Part shown: in pieces, positions 28,490 to 43,501 of the stretch
Position numbering within the stretch: the first letter of the stretch is position 1
Layout of the letters: each line of letters starts with the position of its first letter
Source of the DNA: Lama glama
Taxonomy: Eukaryota
NCBI GenBank assembly: GCA_028534125.1
Contig: CM052820.1
Location: 53,940,001 to 54,004,000, forward strand
DNA length: 64,000 bases
Reading direction: 5' to 3'
Program-made: the position numbers and the translations under genes
The notes under the pieces: generated by a model
What the model was told of the DNA's origin: nothing
What the model saw: only the letters and a program-made list of their open reading frames with translations
The model's database searches: none

Positions 28490-28740
28490 ACAGCAGCTGC
28501 CATATATTGAATGCTTTCTATGTGCAGGAACTAGGCTAGGTAATTTGCATACATTATCTTCTTTAAACTTAACAATCTTAACCTTTTGTGGTAGGTATTA
28601 TTATCTTACCTCACAGAAAGAAGGAACTGGGCCTTGGAGAATTTAAGTAATTTGACAAAGTCAACACCTAGTAAAAAAAAAATAGGGGTGGGATTCAAAC
28701 CCAGTTCTTCCTGACTCCAAATAATGTGTTCTTAATCATT
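28490..28740 (-). mobile_element. MIR SINE
   Basis: ggtaggtattattatc...ggattcaaacccagttcttcctgactccaa. Confidence 0.7.
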
Positions 28741-28853
28741 GTTCAATATTGTTCCTCTAGGGAGGGGAATGTGGAGCTTCTCATTTCTCTGTAGCACTCT
28801 TTAGCTTTCATCCTGAAGACACTCTGACTTGTGATGTCCTTTTCCTCATGTAG

Positions 28854-28995
28854 TCAATGTCCAGAAGGGTACACCTGCATGAAGATTGGCAGGAACCCTG
28901 ACTATGGCTACACGAGCTTCGACACCTTCAGTTGGGCCTTCTTAGCCTTGTTTCGGCTCATGACCCAGGATTACTGGGAAAACCTTTACCAACAG
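28854..28995 (+). CDS. SCN9A: Coding exon 8 (142 nt), DI pore loop
   Basis: [47 protein letters not shown]; DEKA Asp (28969-28971) followed by the TTX-sensitivity Tyr. Confidence 0.97.
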
Positions 28996-29046
28996 GTGAG
29001 TGCCAGGAGAAAAATCTGTTGCATTCATTGCATAAATATCTTATGT

Positions 29047-29192
29047 GGAGGGGAGGGTAGAGTGCCTGCTTAGCATGCACAAGGTCATGAGTTCAATCCC
29101 CAGTGCCTGCATTAAAAATAAATAAATAGATAAACAAACCTACCTACTGACCTCTCCTACCCAAAAAGTAAAACAAAATAAAACAAAACAAA
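29047..29192 (+). mobile_element. tRNA-derived SINE (vic-1-like) with A-box deletion, ~50 nt after exon 8
   Basis: ggggagggtagagtgcctgcttagcatgcacaaggtcatgagttcaatcccc plus aaacctacctac tail. Confidence 0.85.
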
Positions 29193-29558
29193 TCTGATGT
29201 GTGTTCCTTACCAGCTTTGTATATGATATGGTTTATTCAGTTTAGAATGGAGAAAACTCTGTAGTCTCAGTGCTAAAATCAGACATATTTTACTTCCAGC
29301 ACTATAGAGTGGACAGTTCTTAAATCATAAATGGCTTTCTTATCTTTTCTGGGCTTTTTGACTCGAGATCTCTCTCCCCACTTCTGAATATAGCATCCCA
29401 TGGGGTCCTAGGTAATAGCAAGAAATGTACTGTGATGTTCTCGTGCATCACTCCTACACGTGCTGTGCTTTCCACACATGCCTCCCTGCATGCAGTGCCC
29501 CAGACACCAGGATCTCCCATGCTCACCAGGCTTTATTTTGTGAACTCCCACGTACGGT

Positions 29559-29938
29559 TGTTCTGGACTGAATTATATCCCCCCAAATTTGTATGTTGAA
29601 GTCTTTAGCTCCCAGTGCCTTAGAATGACTGTATTTGGAGTGAGGGCCTTTAAAGAGGTTAAATGGGGCCGTTAGAGTGGGTGCTCATCCGACCTGACGT
29701 CCTTTTAAGGAGGAAACATTAGGACAGGAGTGAGAGAGACATCAGAGGTACACACGCAAAAGGCCAAGTGAGGACTCAGTGAGAAGGCGGCTGTGCCCAA
29801 GCCAAGGGAGGGGCCTCAGGAGAAGCCAGCATTTTGATCTTGTACTTCCTTCCTCTAGGGCTGTGGGAAAATGAACTTCTGTTGTTTAAGCTACTCGATT
29901 TATAGCATTTTGTTTGGCAGCCTGAGCAAACTAGTATA
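29559..29938 (+). mobile_element. MLT1 (MaLR) solo LTR
   Basis: tgttctggactgaatt...gtatttggagtgagggcctttaaagagg...ttctgttgtttaagc...gcaaactagtata. Confidence 0.85.
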
Positions 29939-31181
29939 AGAATTGAAAACTCAATTCGTTTCTCTTAATTTATCTCTCCCAACTCAGTTGCTCCTTCCTC
30001 TACACTTCCCTGTCCTTTTTAAGATTCTTCAGTTTATGGCATCTGTCTCTTGGACGGTAACTCCCCATTCACGTAGCCATCTCCTCTAACTTGAATGTGG
30101 TCCTCTTGGGACTGTGAGCTCTGTCTTTTCACCTATATATTCTCAGTGCCCAACTCCAAGAAGAAGGAGACCAAAAATGATTATTCTGTATTATAAAAAC
30201 TAATAAATCATTTTTCTCAAATTGCCACAGATTCTTCTTTATACCTATTTTTTGTTTAATTTCTGAGAGTATTATAAATGGATACAGAAATTATATAAAA
30301 ATCTACTTCACAGGAAAAAGAGAAATACACATGACATTATAGTTATGCAAAAAGATACCTTTACTGAAAATTGAAATGAGGGGTACATACAATTTTTCTC
30401 CTGTCAGAATGACGAAGACCAAAAAGTAGATCAAAAGAGAGACACTGTCTGAAATTCAGGGAGGCAGACTTTCTCACACATTGCTGGGAACCACTGGAGA
30501 TGGTAACACAGGAATTTCTTTGAAAATTGAAGTGAATACACCTGTTGACCTAACAATTCCACTGTTAAGAATTTAAAAGAAGACATTGGTAACAACAGAA
30601 ACTAATAGGAAAGGAGATTGAGTTCCTAGGCATCAGAGATAGGATAAAGAGACTTAATTTTCATTTACTATGTTTGTACTATTTGAATTTTTTACCATGT
30701 ATTACACTTAAAAATTTTTAGTAAATGTTAAATATAAGATAAATACCTCAGTTCATACAATAAAGCTGTTTATCATGTATTAACATAATAGATCAGCATT
30801 AATACTTCTTGTTATAGATAGAATTTTATCAGTAAAAGATACTATAGAAATTATCTGGTCCTATAATTTGAAATTGAGTAAAGCAGCTTGTTTTTGAGTA
30901 ATTTTTAGACTGGGGGGGAGTAATTCAGGGTTATTATGCTTAATAGTCAAGAGTCATACTCAGTACAGGTTTAATTGATTGCTGTATCCTTTGTACTGAA
31001 AGTGTTTATTTTAATACTGATCGTTTTCCATGAAGATACAATTTTATTCCTTTATATTTTTGATAACATGAGGTTATATAGAACTGTCTGATTTACTATG
31101 CCTAACATGCCATTCAAGTTGAAGTGACTTAAAAAAAAAAACCTTTGTGTTATTAAAATAACGATTTCCATTCTTCCCTAG

Positions 31182-31559
<378 letters not shown>

Positions 31560-33007
31560 TAGAATTCACATCTGTCCCATCCCACTTTCCCCCGTAATCA
31601 GCTCACTCCAGCAGAGAGCATGTTTTAAGCTTCTCCTCCTAAATCTGTTACTCACCATCCCTCAGTGTAAGCAAAATGTATGGTATTATGCAAAGTCCTG
31701 AACATATATGATGGATTTCCCCAGAGTAATGATTGTACACAAATGTTTAGGAAACATTATTTTGATGTTAAACTTAACAGGTACTCTGTGAAGTAGAAAG
31801 TAAAATGTGCATCAGTTTTGGTTAATGTTGCAAGGATTTTTAAGGGAAAATGTGAGATGTTAAGGAAAATTGTACTTGTGGTTGTGGCCACCTTAAGTCA
31901 CAAATTCTTGAGGATTTCTCCTTACTTCTCCCTCCAAAAAGGTACTTGAGTGGAAAAGTTTGAAAAGGTTTGTGTTAAGAGAACCAAAATTTCAAATATT
32001 TGGTAAGACTCTTAAAACATGTTGGATGGTTTGACCTAGTTAAATCTCTTCAAGGAATATAACCTATTGATGGGAGGGTAGTAGTCTGTAATGCAGAGAG
32101 ATTTTGATAAAGATGTTTGGTGCGGTATTTTAATAATATTAAAAATCATTTAAATTTCTAAAAAATCAGGAAATGGTTAAGAGGATTATGATATTTCTGT
32201 GTCTTGGAGTATTATTCAGCCATAAAATGATGTGTTTTAAGACTATTATGACAGGAAAAGATATTAATGTAACAGTGATTAAGTTGTAAAATACAAAACT
32301 GAGTATAAGATGCAATTTAAAAATTATGTATATAAAGACTAGAGGAAATGTTAACACCAGTTGTTTCTGAGATGTAAGATTATCAGCAATTTGGGGGTTT
32401 TATTCACAATATCTTCGTTTTCCAAATTTTTACAAGGATTGTTTTATTTTGATAATAAAACCTTAATTTTTCATAAAAGAGGTAACACTGGGCTATCCCA
32501 GGAATTTTATAGAGAACCCCTAAAAGTCTCTTTCATTTTCTTGAGATGTTCTGTAATAACTTAATATTTTCAAATAATTCATTCTTCATTAAACTATAGA
32601 AGTGCTTGATTCTCTTGATAATGTTGAGTTCACTACCTGAACAAGGTATACAAATGGATTATCTCATCTCATGGTTTATGTGCATATTGTGTCCCTGAAT
32701 TACCTAAAATAAATACTTTCACATATATTATTTAGAAGTTCACGGATGCTATTTAAACTTGCTTTACTATAGTGTAATTGTATGGAATAGTTTAATTCCA
32801 AAGCACAATGTGGGGTACACTGCAGAAGCAGCAATAAATACGTATTTTGTAAGCTCTCTAGTCATAGTGCAAAGAAAACATTACTTCCTATATAAGGGAC
32901 ATGATCATATGCACAGTATAATTAAAGTTATGGTAAAAGGGGCCCCATGATAGGGCTTCCCAGACTCTGGAGTGACTCACCATGGGTGTGCCCTCTTGGT
33001 CTAACAG

Positions 33008-33295
33008 GCAATAGCACTGGCGGCCGCTGAATACACAAGCATTGGGAGAAGCAGGATAATGGGCCTCTCCGAGAGTTCTTCTGAAACATCCAGACTGAGC
33101 TCTAAAAGTGCTAAAGAGAGAAGAAACAGAAGAAAGAAAAGGAATCAAAAGAAGCTCTCCAGTGGAGAGGAAAAGGGAGATGATGAGAAATTGTCCAAAT
33201 CAGAATCAGAGGAGAACATCAGGAGAAAAAGTTTCCGCCTCGGTGTTGAAGGTCCTCGGCGAGCACATGAAAAGAGATTGTCCACGCCTAATCAG
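33008..33295 (+). CDS. SCN9A: Coding exon 10 (288 nt), loop 1
   Basis: [44 protein letters not shown]...LSTPNQ; ctaacag| and CAG|GTACCA. Confidence 0.95.
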
Positions 33296-35200
33296 GTACC
33301 ACGGAAATGATCATGTGTGTATCATGGAGGTAGGAGTATGGAGCAAAATGTTCTGTCTGAGGGAAGGACCTCAGGAGAGGAGTGAGGGACTTCATTAGTA
33401 TGTTTTTAGGTAAAAGCCTGCTGATTCCTGGGCATTTATGGAGAGAACGTAGATGTACATAGTTTTCCATTTGAGTTTGACCATTTTTGAAAGAGCTTAT
33501 AGTTTTGGAATTATCATATCTCCTCCAATATAAGTATTCAAGACAAATATTCATAAGAACCATTGTTGAAATGAAGAGATTGTTTACACTATAAATTACC
33601 TTTTTTTTTTATTTAGTCTGTATTTTGCAAAGCCTCATTGGTTAAAAACTAACCTTAGACTAGTTTTTTTCCTTTTCTTTATGCTGTAGGTAATCACCAA
33701 CTGTAGGTATCACCAGAATATCAGTCACCCACGCTTGACAGCCTCCACCCCGAAATGTACCAGCTAGTCCCATGATCTGTTATTTCGACTCGTGTGGAAT
33801 TTTTTTTTTCCTTTTTCCACTGACACCTCCCTAATTGAGGTCTCCCTGCCTACAAACCTCCAAAATGAACCATTACTTCTGTCCTCCTTTACACTTCCCT
33901 GTTTTCCATTGCATAATCCCTTCAAATCACTTTTCTAAAACAAAGTTGTTCTCGTCAACTTTAAAAACAAAGAAATACCAACAACAACTCCGTTGAATCG
34001 CCACTGCCTACGGAACAAGACCCCATCGTGTCAATGCCATGGACTGGCTTCAGCCTCATTGCCACTTTTCTGGACCTTCAGCTTCCCTCAGACCCCACGA
34101 TTGTCACTCTCACCTCCGTGCCCTTTATCTTCATCCCTTTACTGCTCGGTACACATGCATTTCTCTAAGTGGGATGACTTTCCTTCCTTGTTTTCCCCCT
34201 AGTGTATTACCACTGGTTCTTCACCCATTAGCTCAGGTGCCACCCAGCCACAAAGTTGCCTGTGTTCTCTCCACTCCTCTCAGTCTGCTCCTCAGTCTCC
34301 CACTCAGAATTACTGTCCTTGTCATCTATGTCTTCTTTTAAAATTTCTAGCTACTTAAGTCTGTAAGACCCCACCAGACATACACAAAAATAAAGGAGTC
34401 TCTGCCTTCAAAGATTTCATGATCTGGTTGGGGAGACAGAACTTGAGTACATATGATACCAATTAAAAGAAATATGACAGGAGTGGTCCCAGCTAATTCT
34501 AAGGTAAAGGCATTGTCATACACATTTTCCCTTGTTCACAACGCCTTCTGCTTTGTCCTTTACATAGGAAGCACTAACGTTTATGCAGTTAGATACTTCC
34601 AAAGATTATGCTGTTCGGTTAATGGACACAGTTTATCTTGGACCTGAGTCATATGAATGTGATCCCCCCCCCCGCTTTGGTATTGGGCAACTTCTTTTCC
34701 AAGTTCTAATATTTTATGACTTGGTACATTCACTAGTGTTAAAAGATCTTCTTTCTTAACACACCTTAACTGAGCCCTCAGTGTGCAGGGCAGAGTTGCA
34801 GGCAGTGGCATGCAAAGATGCATGCAGTGTGATCTTTGGCCTGAAAATTTCAGTACTTATGGAACATAAGGATTGATACATGAAAAGCGTAATAACAGGT
34901 ATCAATATCAAATTCTTTTTAAAGTGATATGTTCTTTACAGCAAAATGAATGGTACAGAAAGAATGGAGGGATGACTCTAGGCCAAAACTGTAGAGAGCT
35001 GTACCGCCACAAATAAGGTGCCTGGTCCTGAAAGGGTGAACCCAAGTGTTTTCATTCCTTACTTGGAAGAATTTGTCTTCTTACGGAATTTCTTTGTTTT
35101 TCAGTTTGTATCTCTTAAACCAGTACAGAGCCGCCTGCCCTCAGGCCGGTGGTCCCAGTGGTGGCTGTGTGAAATGCACACCTGTTTTCAGGTGCTTTAG

Positions 35201-35617
<417 letters not shown>

Positions 35618-35974
35618 TAAATAGCTCAGGCATGGCTCCGCCCTTACTCTTGCATCAGTCGGTCTCTGCGGGAGGGGCCTTCTCCCTGGTCCTGTGAATG
35701 GCTCTGCATTTTGCAGTACTTTTCATTTTAGAACTACTTATGATACTTAAAAATACTAGAAAACAAACAAACACACAAACAAACCAAAAAAACTAATTAT
35801 TTTTTATGTGAGAAACACACCTTTAACCGATTAATACTCATAGTATGTGCTGTAGGTGTTGCATTCAAAGATATTTAAAACCCCATTTTTGAGAAAAGAT
35901 ACTTGTCTATTGATATTATACCTCAAGATTATAAATCATCCCTTAGAAAACAGTTTATAAAAGATGTGTATATT

Positions 35975-36126
35975 GGGGGGAGGGTATAGCTCAGTGGTGG
36001 AGCACATGCCGAGCATGCACAAGGTCCTGGGTTCATTCCCCACTACCTCCACCAAAATAAATAAGCAAACCTACCTACCTCCCCCCAAAACAAACAAACA
36101 AAAACTCAAAAAATAAAAATTGAAAA
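35975..36126 (+). mobile_element. tRNA-derived SINE (vic-1-like), full length with TSD
   Basis: ggggggagggtatagctcagtggtggagcacatg...gggttcattcccc; 15-bp TSD aaaagatgtgtatat (35959-35973) / aaaagatgtatatat (36127-36141). Confidence 0.92.
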
Positions 36127-36289
36127 AAAAGATGTATATATGAGCACAGAAAAGCATGGATACATGCTGATCTTATTAGTTGATCATTCAGTCCGATGTC
36201 TGTAAGGGAATTTGGATTATTTGTCACCTCCTGCTATTTTTTTCAAGTCACTACTTAATATATACCTCATGGCAAGGGATCTTGTTTGA

Positions 36290-36490
36290 GTTAATAATAA
36301 TAGCAAACATGTTAGTATTTACAGCAGGGCAGTTAGGTGATACATTATTATCCCTGTTTTACAAATCAGAAAACGGAGGCACAGGGAAATGAAGCCATTG
36401 GTGTAACGGCCACTCAGCTAATAAATGGTAGTCCTAAAGTTCAAACAGAGACCCTCTATTTCAGAGCTTGTACCTTTAACCATCACACTT
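36290..36490 (-). mobile_element. MIR SINE
   Basis: attattatccctgttttacaaatcagaaaacggaggcacag. Confidence 0.65.
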
Positions 36491-37559
36491 TCTGTCCAGT
36501 GTGTGGTAGACTTCTTAACTTGGAAATAATTTAGAATAAGTGTGTTTTTTCCCACACATAAATGAAACCTATTTTCATTAAAAAAATCAAAACTCTTTTG
36601 TCTGGAATCAATGAATAAAAATATAATAATATCCAAAACACATACAGTAATGCAAACATTCACATAAAGACAAAAACAAAACACTTCCAAAACTACAATT
36701 TCAAGAGTTTAGGAGTCCTTGAGTGGTTAGAGAAGAGGGTCTGGTTAGGCTGGAAAGTGAGCTCTTTCTGGTTTCTGGAGTTTCTAGGTTACGTCTTAAG
36801 GCCACTCTCTGTATTACATGCATTACTCAGTATCAGCAAGGCTCAGCCTAACCTAACAAGCTCTGAACTCATGCTACTCATTCATATATTCACACTTGCA
36901 GACCACATAGTAGTTCAAGTGAGAATAAAGTTTCATCAAAGCCATGGCCACAGACATGTTTCCTTTGGAATAAATGCATGTGCTTTTAGGTAACGTGTAA
37001 CCTCTATGCTTGCATGACGTCAGTTCAGCCCTCTGTCAAATGAGCTTCCTTATCAAATGAGCATGTTAATTTTCCATGGAATCAGAACTTTGTTGTGTTT
37101 TGCTTTTCAACAATTTATATTATCTGTAAAAAACTGTATAATGCATATCAGATTTGGAGATTATTTCCTATTTTTAAATGAAATACTATTTAATATTTTA
37201 TTTTTATTTAAAAAATAAGATTGAGGATAATAACTTTAAAAAAGCCTTATTTTTACCACAGAAAAATCAGTATCACTTAAACTACAGAACTGGAGAAATG
37301 AGTAAATACTTCAAGATTCAGTAGAAATGCAAAACATAATAGTGTGGAATAATGTACAGTTTAGATGAAAAATCTGCATGACAAATAATATAACTCTGAC
37401 ACCTGAGATATGTCTGCATGGAGAAGAATTTATTTAATCAACATAGTTGATTGTTTGACTTGTGGGAAAAGAAATCTCTGTTTTGGGAAAGTCAGTGAAT
37501 TAGAGAGTGTGTCAGAGAAAGCAAGGTTATAGAGAGATCTCTGTAAAAGCCACAGACAG

Positions 37560-37840
37560 ATATGTGTGTGTGTGTGTCTCTGCACATGTACATACACACA
37601 TATGTATGTACACACATGAGCACATTTACATCCATTTGTCTTTTAATCATATGACTATATGATTATATTTAAACAACTTTGCAACTCTTGATCTGTGTAT
37701 CTATATATATGTTTATAAAATGGTGTGTGTTTGTGTATACATACCTATGTACATACTATACACAAGTAGATAGATGATAAATGTAGAGTTGTATGGCTGT
37801 ATGTATGTATATATGTGTGTGATCACACATGTGTGTGTAT
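37560..37840. repeat. (TG)/(CA)/(TA)-rich low-complexity tract
   Basis: Several interrupted dinucleotide runs. Confidence 0.8.
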
Positions 37841-38299
37841 TATTGGCCTGCCCAGAACTGGCATAGTATTTTAACTTTGAATTAGTTGCCAAGATATAGA
37901 AATGAGACATCTTCACCTAAAAATGGGTGTGCCTGGTAAGACTGAGCTCGTGTTCCTGCATGGCAGCAATCCTTTAGAGCTGGAGAGTGGTCACCTCTGT
38001 TAGATGGAGCTTACATTCTCCATTTTGTGACAGTTCCCCTGTATTAATGGTCCTTTTCAAACTGAGTCCTCATGTACTCAGAGCAGTTGATGAGATATTC
38101 CTTGGCAGTAAAAAGCAATCATTCTGGCCTTCTTATGGGCTTTTACCTCCACAAAGAGTAATTACAGAAATTTATCAGAAAATGTAAAGGTTCTAACCCT
38201 CTGCACATACCATTACAACACTTGCTTAACTGTTCTCACATAGGACTCTCAGATGGTAAAACTGTCCAGAAAGATAGAGAGATAATGACAGTGATAATA

Positions 38300-38510
38300 A
38301 CAATGAAAGCAGCTGATTTTATTTTTTATTTCCTAAGTATTGATTCATTTAATCCTCATAGCAAGACTGTGAGGCAAGTACTGTGACTGTCCCCATTTTA
38401 CCAATGATGGAGTGGAGACAGAGGTTAAGTAACTCTCCTACCATATGCAGCCAGTCAGTAGCAGAGCCATGATTCAAACCAACAGTCTACTCTTTGCTTT
38501 TAATTACACA
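38300..38510 (-). mobile_element. MIR SINE
   Basis: cattaatcctcatag-like start, ccccattttacc, cagaggttaagtaact, gattcaaacc. Confidence 0.7.
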
Positions 38511-38600
38511 TTCCAACTACATCAGCAAGATTTTATTTTATGCCTGCAATTTGTTAGAATTCCATTCTTAGAACTATAATTAATTATCTTTTTTTTTCAG

Positions 38601-38730
38601 GGTGCAACTAATCAAATACACAAGAAAAGACGTCCCAGTTCTTATCTTCTTTCTGAAGATATGTTGAATGATCCCAATCTCAGAAAAAGGGCAATGAGCA
38701 GGGCCAGCATATTAACAAACACTGTGGAAG
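38601..38730 (+). CDS. SCN9A: Coding exon 12 (130 nt)
   Basis: [43 protein letters not shown]; poly-T acceptor; donor AAG|GTATGG. Confidence 0.95.
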
Positions 38731-39899
38731 GTATGGAGTGATATTCTCATTACCATGTAGATTTTTAACAAAAGTCAGGTAAGTCCTGGTCAGCCTTAAA
38801 TAGATACAGCAAGTTCTTAGGAAGATCTCGAAGAATATAAAATGACTATAAGCAATGGTAAGGATAACCAATGGATGCTGGGGGAATTGTCTTTATCTGC
38901 TTAAAAAGTGGATAAAGTTATTTTTGATTAAAGACAGGCTTTGGGCGATATGACCTTTCAAAGATAAACAGCTTTATGGTACTAAATGAAAAAAGTGAGG
39001 TTAATCCTGGGCTATGTGGTTCTCTCACTATATATTCTTAGAAATTTCACCTGGTCTCTCCAAATTGATCATCTTTCTAGTATGCAAGAAAATAATACAA
39101 ACCTGCAGATGTCTATAAATTGCTCCCTTTTAGTACATTCTATGAAATTGTAAAATGTGACTTGATATCTGTAAAGATAATGATGCAAAGGCATTTTTAG
39201 AGAATATGTTGTCAATAGTAGTGGTCAGATCCCAAGATACATTGAGAGTCAAAGGGTGGCAATCTAAAGAATGTGTTGGCTCCCACCCTCTCTCCCCACA
39301 ACTTGTCCCAGGTCCCACCTTGTCCATGGGCTACCACCTCATCCCCCTACACACCCACAATGGGCCCAGACAAAATTTTTACCCACCTCCTAAATTTATG
39401 ATGAGAAGTAAATATGCTAATGGTACGTAATACCTACTGCATGAGTCACTCCATAAATTATTTCTAGGTTCTTCATTTGGGGATTGTTTTCACCTATGAA
39501 CTAGCAAAAGCTTTTTGGTGGATGGAGTGGAAATGTGTTATTATTGTAATGGGATTAAAGACACAGAGGAAAGTATGTATGTTGGTATATGTACATTTAT
39601 CTTAAAAAAATATGTATCTCCATTAAGAAAACATCAGTTCTCTTGTTTACCGTCAGGTGTGAAATGCGTGTTTCTCTCAGAGATACTCATATCTGCTTTC
39701 ATTCATTAATTTCATTGCCTTCTCCTTATGCTTGATCCAATAAATGGACATGAGATGTAAGATTTTTATGTTACACGTGATGCTTTCATAGAAACGGTAA
39801 CTGTTAAATTTGCAAAGTCTAAACCAGGAGACTTGTTTCAATGTTAGTGTACTACTGATCTGTATCTGGTTAGGAATAAAATATGCAATAGACAAATGA

Positions 39900-40274
<375 letters not shown>

Positions 40275-40470
40275 TAGGTAATTATGCATATCCAGAATTT
40301 ACAGTATGAATCATTTTGTGCAGAGTCAAGTTCCTGGTAATAGATAGTATTTTAAAATTATTTTGCAGTAGTATTGAGGTCTATAAATAACAATACTGTT
40401 TCCATAATGGGTCACCATCTTGGGAGCTGATAGTGTGTTTTCCTGCCAGCATGTCTCTTACCAGCAACAC

Positions 40471-40544
40471 TTTTTTGTTAGAGGAGATACTAGGGATTGA
40501 ACCCAAGACCTTGTGCATGCTAAGCATGTGCTCTACCATAGAGC
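40471..40544 (-). mobile_element. tRNA-derived SINE (vic-1-like), 5'-truncated
   Basis: Reverse strand reads gctctatggtagagcacatgcttagcatgcacaaggtcttgggttcaatccctag. Confidence 0.85.
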
Positions 40545-42190
40545 AAAGTCCTGAGGTTGAATCCTGGTTTTGCCTCTTACTGATTATATGACCTTGAAAG
40601 AATGTTTTAATGTCGATAGTCTTTAATTTTCTCATTTATATAATACTAACACTTTATAAAATGATACTTATTATTTATAATATAATGATAATAATATTTA
40701 TTTATCATATTATTGAGAGGAATAAACACGTTCTACTTATTAGCTTAGCATATAGTAAGTACTCAACAAATTAAACCTATTGTCATCACCATCATCATCA
40801 ATCATTATCATCATGCTTTCAGTGAATCAGCAGAAACAACCCTTAAGAACAAGAATATTGAGAAACCAAAATGATTAAACTAGACATAGAAAATATAGGG
40901 GCAGATAGAAGGGATCTGTAGGCTTCATGAAGGTAAAGGATTCTGTTAGGAAAGTTAACGCCAGAGTGATCTCTTAAATATGCAGTGTCAGACTCTAGCT
41001 TAAATTAATGCCTATGGCAAACAGAGAGTGCTAGTTGCCGACAATCTGCATAAAGCAGGCAGAAGTTCTATTTCATCGCAGAAAGTTCCCAGCTTATGAC
41101 TCTGCATAGGTCATGAATAACTCTGGATGTCTTTGTGAATGCCTGTATAAAGTAATTTTAATTTTTGCCGTGGCCCCAAACCAGTTGATCTTTGAAGTCA
41201 AAGAGTGTTTCTAAGTCGATCTTCTCTCCCAAATTTCTTATGAATATTCCCAGTCAGGATGTTTGAAACTCATGCGCTCTGAGTCAGCATTTTTCTTTCT
41301 TTCTATTCCTCATTGGAAAAAGGCAGGACTTTCTAGTTTCTTATTGTTGGTGGATTTCCAGATCATGAAAATCAGTACCTTCTCACTGAGTTGACTGCAT
41401 CACCATGAATCCAATAAAGATTCACCATGTTTCTTATCTATCACTACAATCCCAAGTCTGGGTGTTCCCCGCTAGTGTTCTTAATGCTGCATTATTTAAA
41501 AAATGACTCACACAGTTATAGAGCTAAACATTTCCTCCTGAACCTTCTTTGGTCAGTTTCTTTGAATCAAATTGTACCCAAATGATTCATAAGTCTTTCA
41601 CTGTCACCTTTTTAAGTGAGTCCTCTGAAGGCATGTCATAAATTAATGATGTTTTGTGATGCACTTCTGTGTCAAAGCTTTGGAAGTCTTACTTTAGCTG
41701 CCACTGTGTCAATTAAATACCTTTTCGTCTTCCACTGATAAATTGTGAGTCAACATGTTCCTTTACTCTAAAAGTAGTCAACCCGGGGTGGGGGGGAGAC
41801 TGGCTCAAAATTTCAGTATCAATCTGTTTCCTTTTTATTTTCTTCCAAAATAACTTGTTGACCCGCAGAAATATTTTGCAAAGAGTAACTATATTAATTT
41901 TCAAAGGTTTTATTTATCTGGAATTGTAATATACTCTTCTGAAGTGCTATCTAAAGGTGATGAGAGCTGACAAGAGAGTTAGAGCTTGTTAACCCTTAAG
42001 TGCTGGTGTTAGAGCTATAGGAATGATGACACTTAGTTTATAGGATTAAATTAGATAGTAATATACATTTATAAAGTATCTAGCACACTGTCTGAAATAC
42101 AGTAAATGCTAAACAGATAGTCATTATCATCATCAGGCTGATTCCATACCCTCTAATAATACTAGAAAAACATTGTTATTTCTTACATAG

Positions 42191-42487
<297 letters not shown>

Positions 42488-43128
42488 TAGTAAAATAAAG
42501 TTCATTCAATAACAAAAGCACTTAAAGAGCTCAAAATCACATGAATATTTTAATTTTAGGATCTCGAAGACCTGTTCAGTTGTATATGCTAGTATAATGG
42601 TAGGGCAATAATTTATTTCATAATAAGAAGCTTATGGTTTATAGAATTTCAACCATTATAATGTATTCATTACTTTGTGGATTTGATAATAAAAGATCAA
42701 ATTGTTGTCCCCTCAAAATTGTTGTCTGATACCAAAAAATATTAAAAAGTAAAGACTTTTCAATGCATTTTCCTCTAACATGTTGGGCTTTCTCCCTGTG
42801 TCTGCATGAAAAAAATTATCAAAGTATCAGAAAATAGAATTAAAGATAAATTACCAATTCTAAAGGATATAATACCATAATTAGAGGCTTCTATAGCAAT
42901 GCTGAACTGAAATTACAGTTCCTTCAAAATATGTGTGGTAATTATATAGTGGCAATAATAGAATAACAGGAGTACTGAGAATAGATGAAAATGAAAAATA
43001 GAAATAATCAATTTCAGCCAGGTAATCATGACAATATTTTAGAACTAAATTCTGAAACAAAATTTAAGATTGGAAATATTGAGAACTTTTTCATAACAAT
43101 TAATATCAAGCTTTGTGTTTACTTTTAG

Positions 43129-43313
<185 letters not shown>

Positions 43314-43501
43314 NNNNNNNNNNNNNNNNNNNNNNNNNNNNNNNNNNNNNNNNNNNNNNNNNNNNNNNNNNNNNNNNNNNNNNNNNNNNNNNNNNNNNNN
43401 NNNNNNNNNNNNNNNNNNNNNNNNNNNNNNNNNNNNNNNNNNNNNNNNNNNNNNNNNNNNNNNNNNNNNNNNNNNNNNNNNNNNNNNNNNNNNNNNNNNN
43501 N
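43314..43501. other. Assembly gap (188 N) covering the DII pore loop, start of S6 and the exon 15 donor
   Basis: N run interrupts the reading frame; its size fits the missing part of the exon. Confidence 0.9.

Noticed and set aside
35975-36050. tRNA gene
   Set aside because: Has TSDs, an A-rich tail and a mutated B box; it is a SINE
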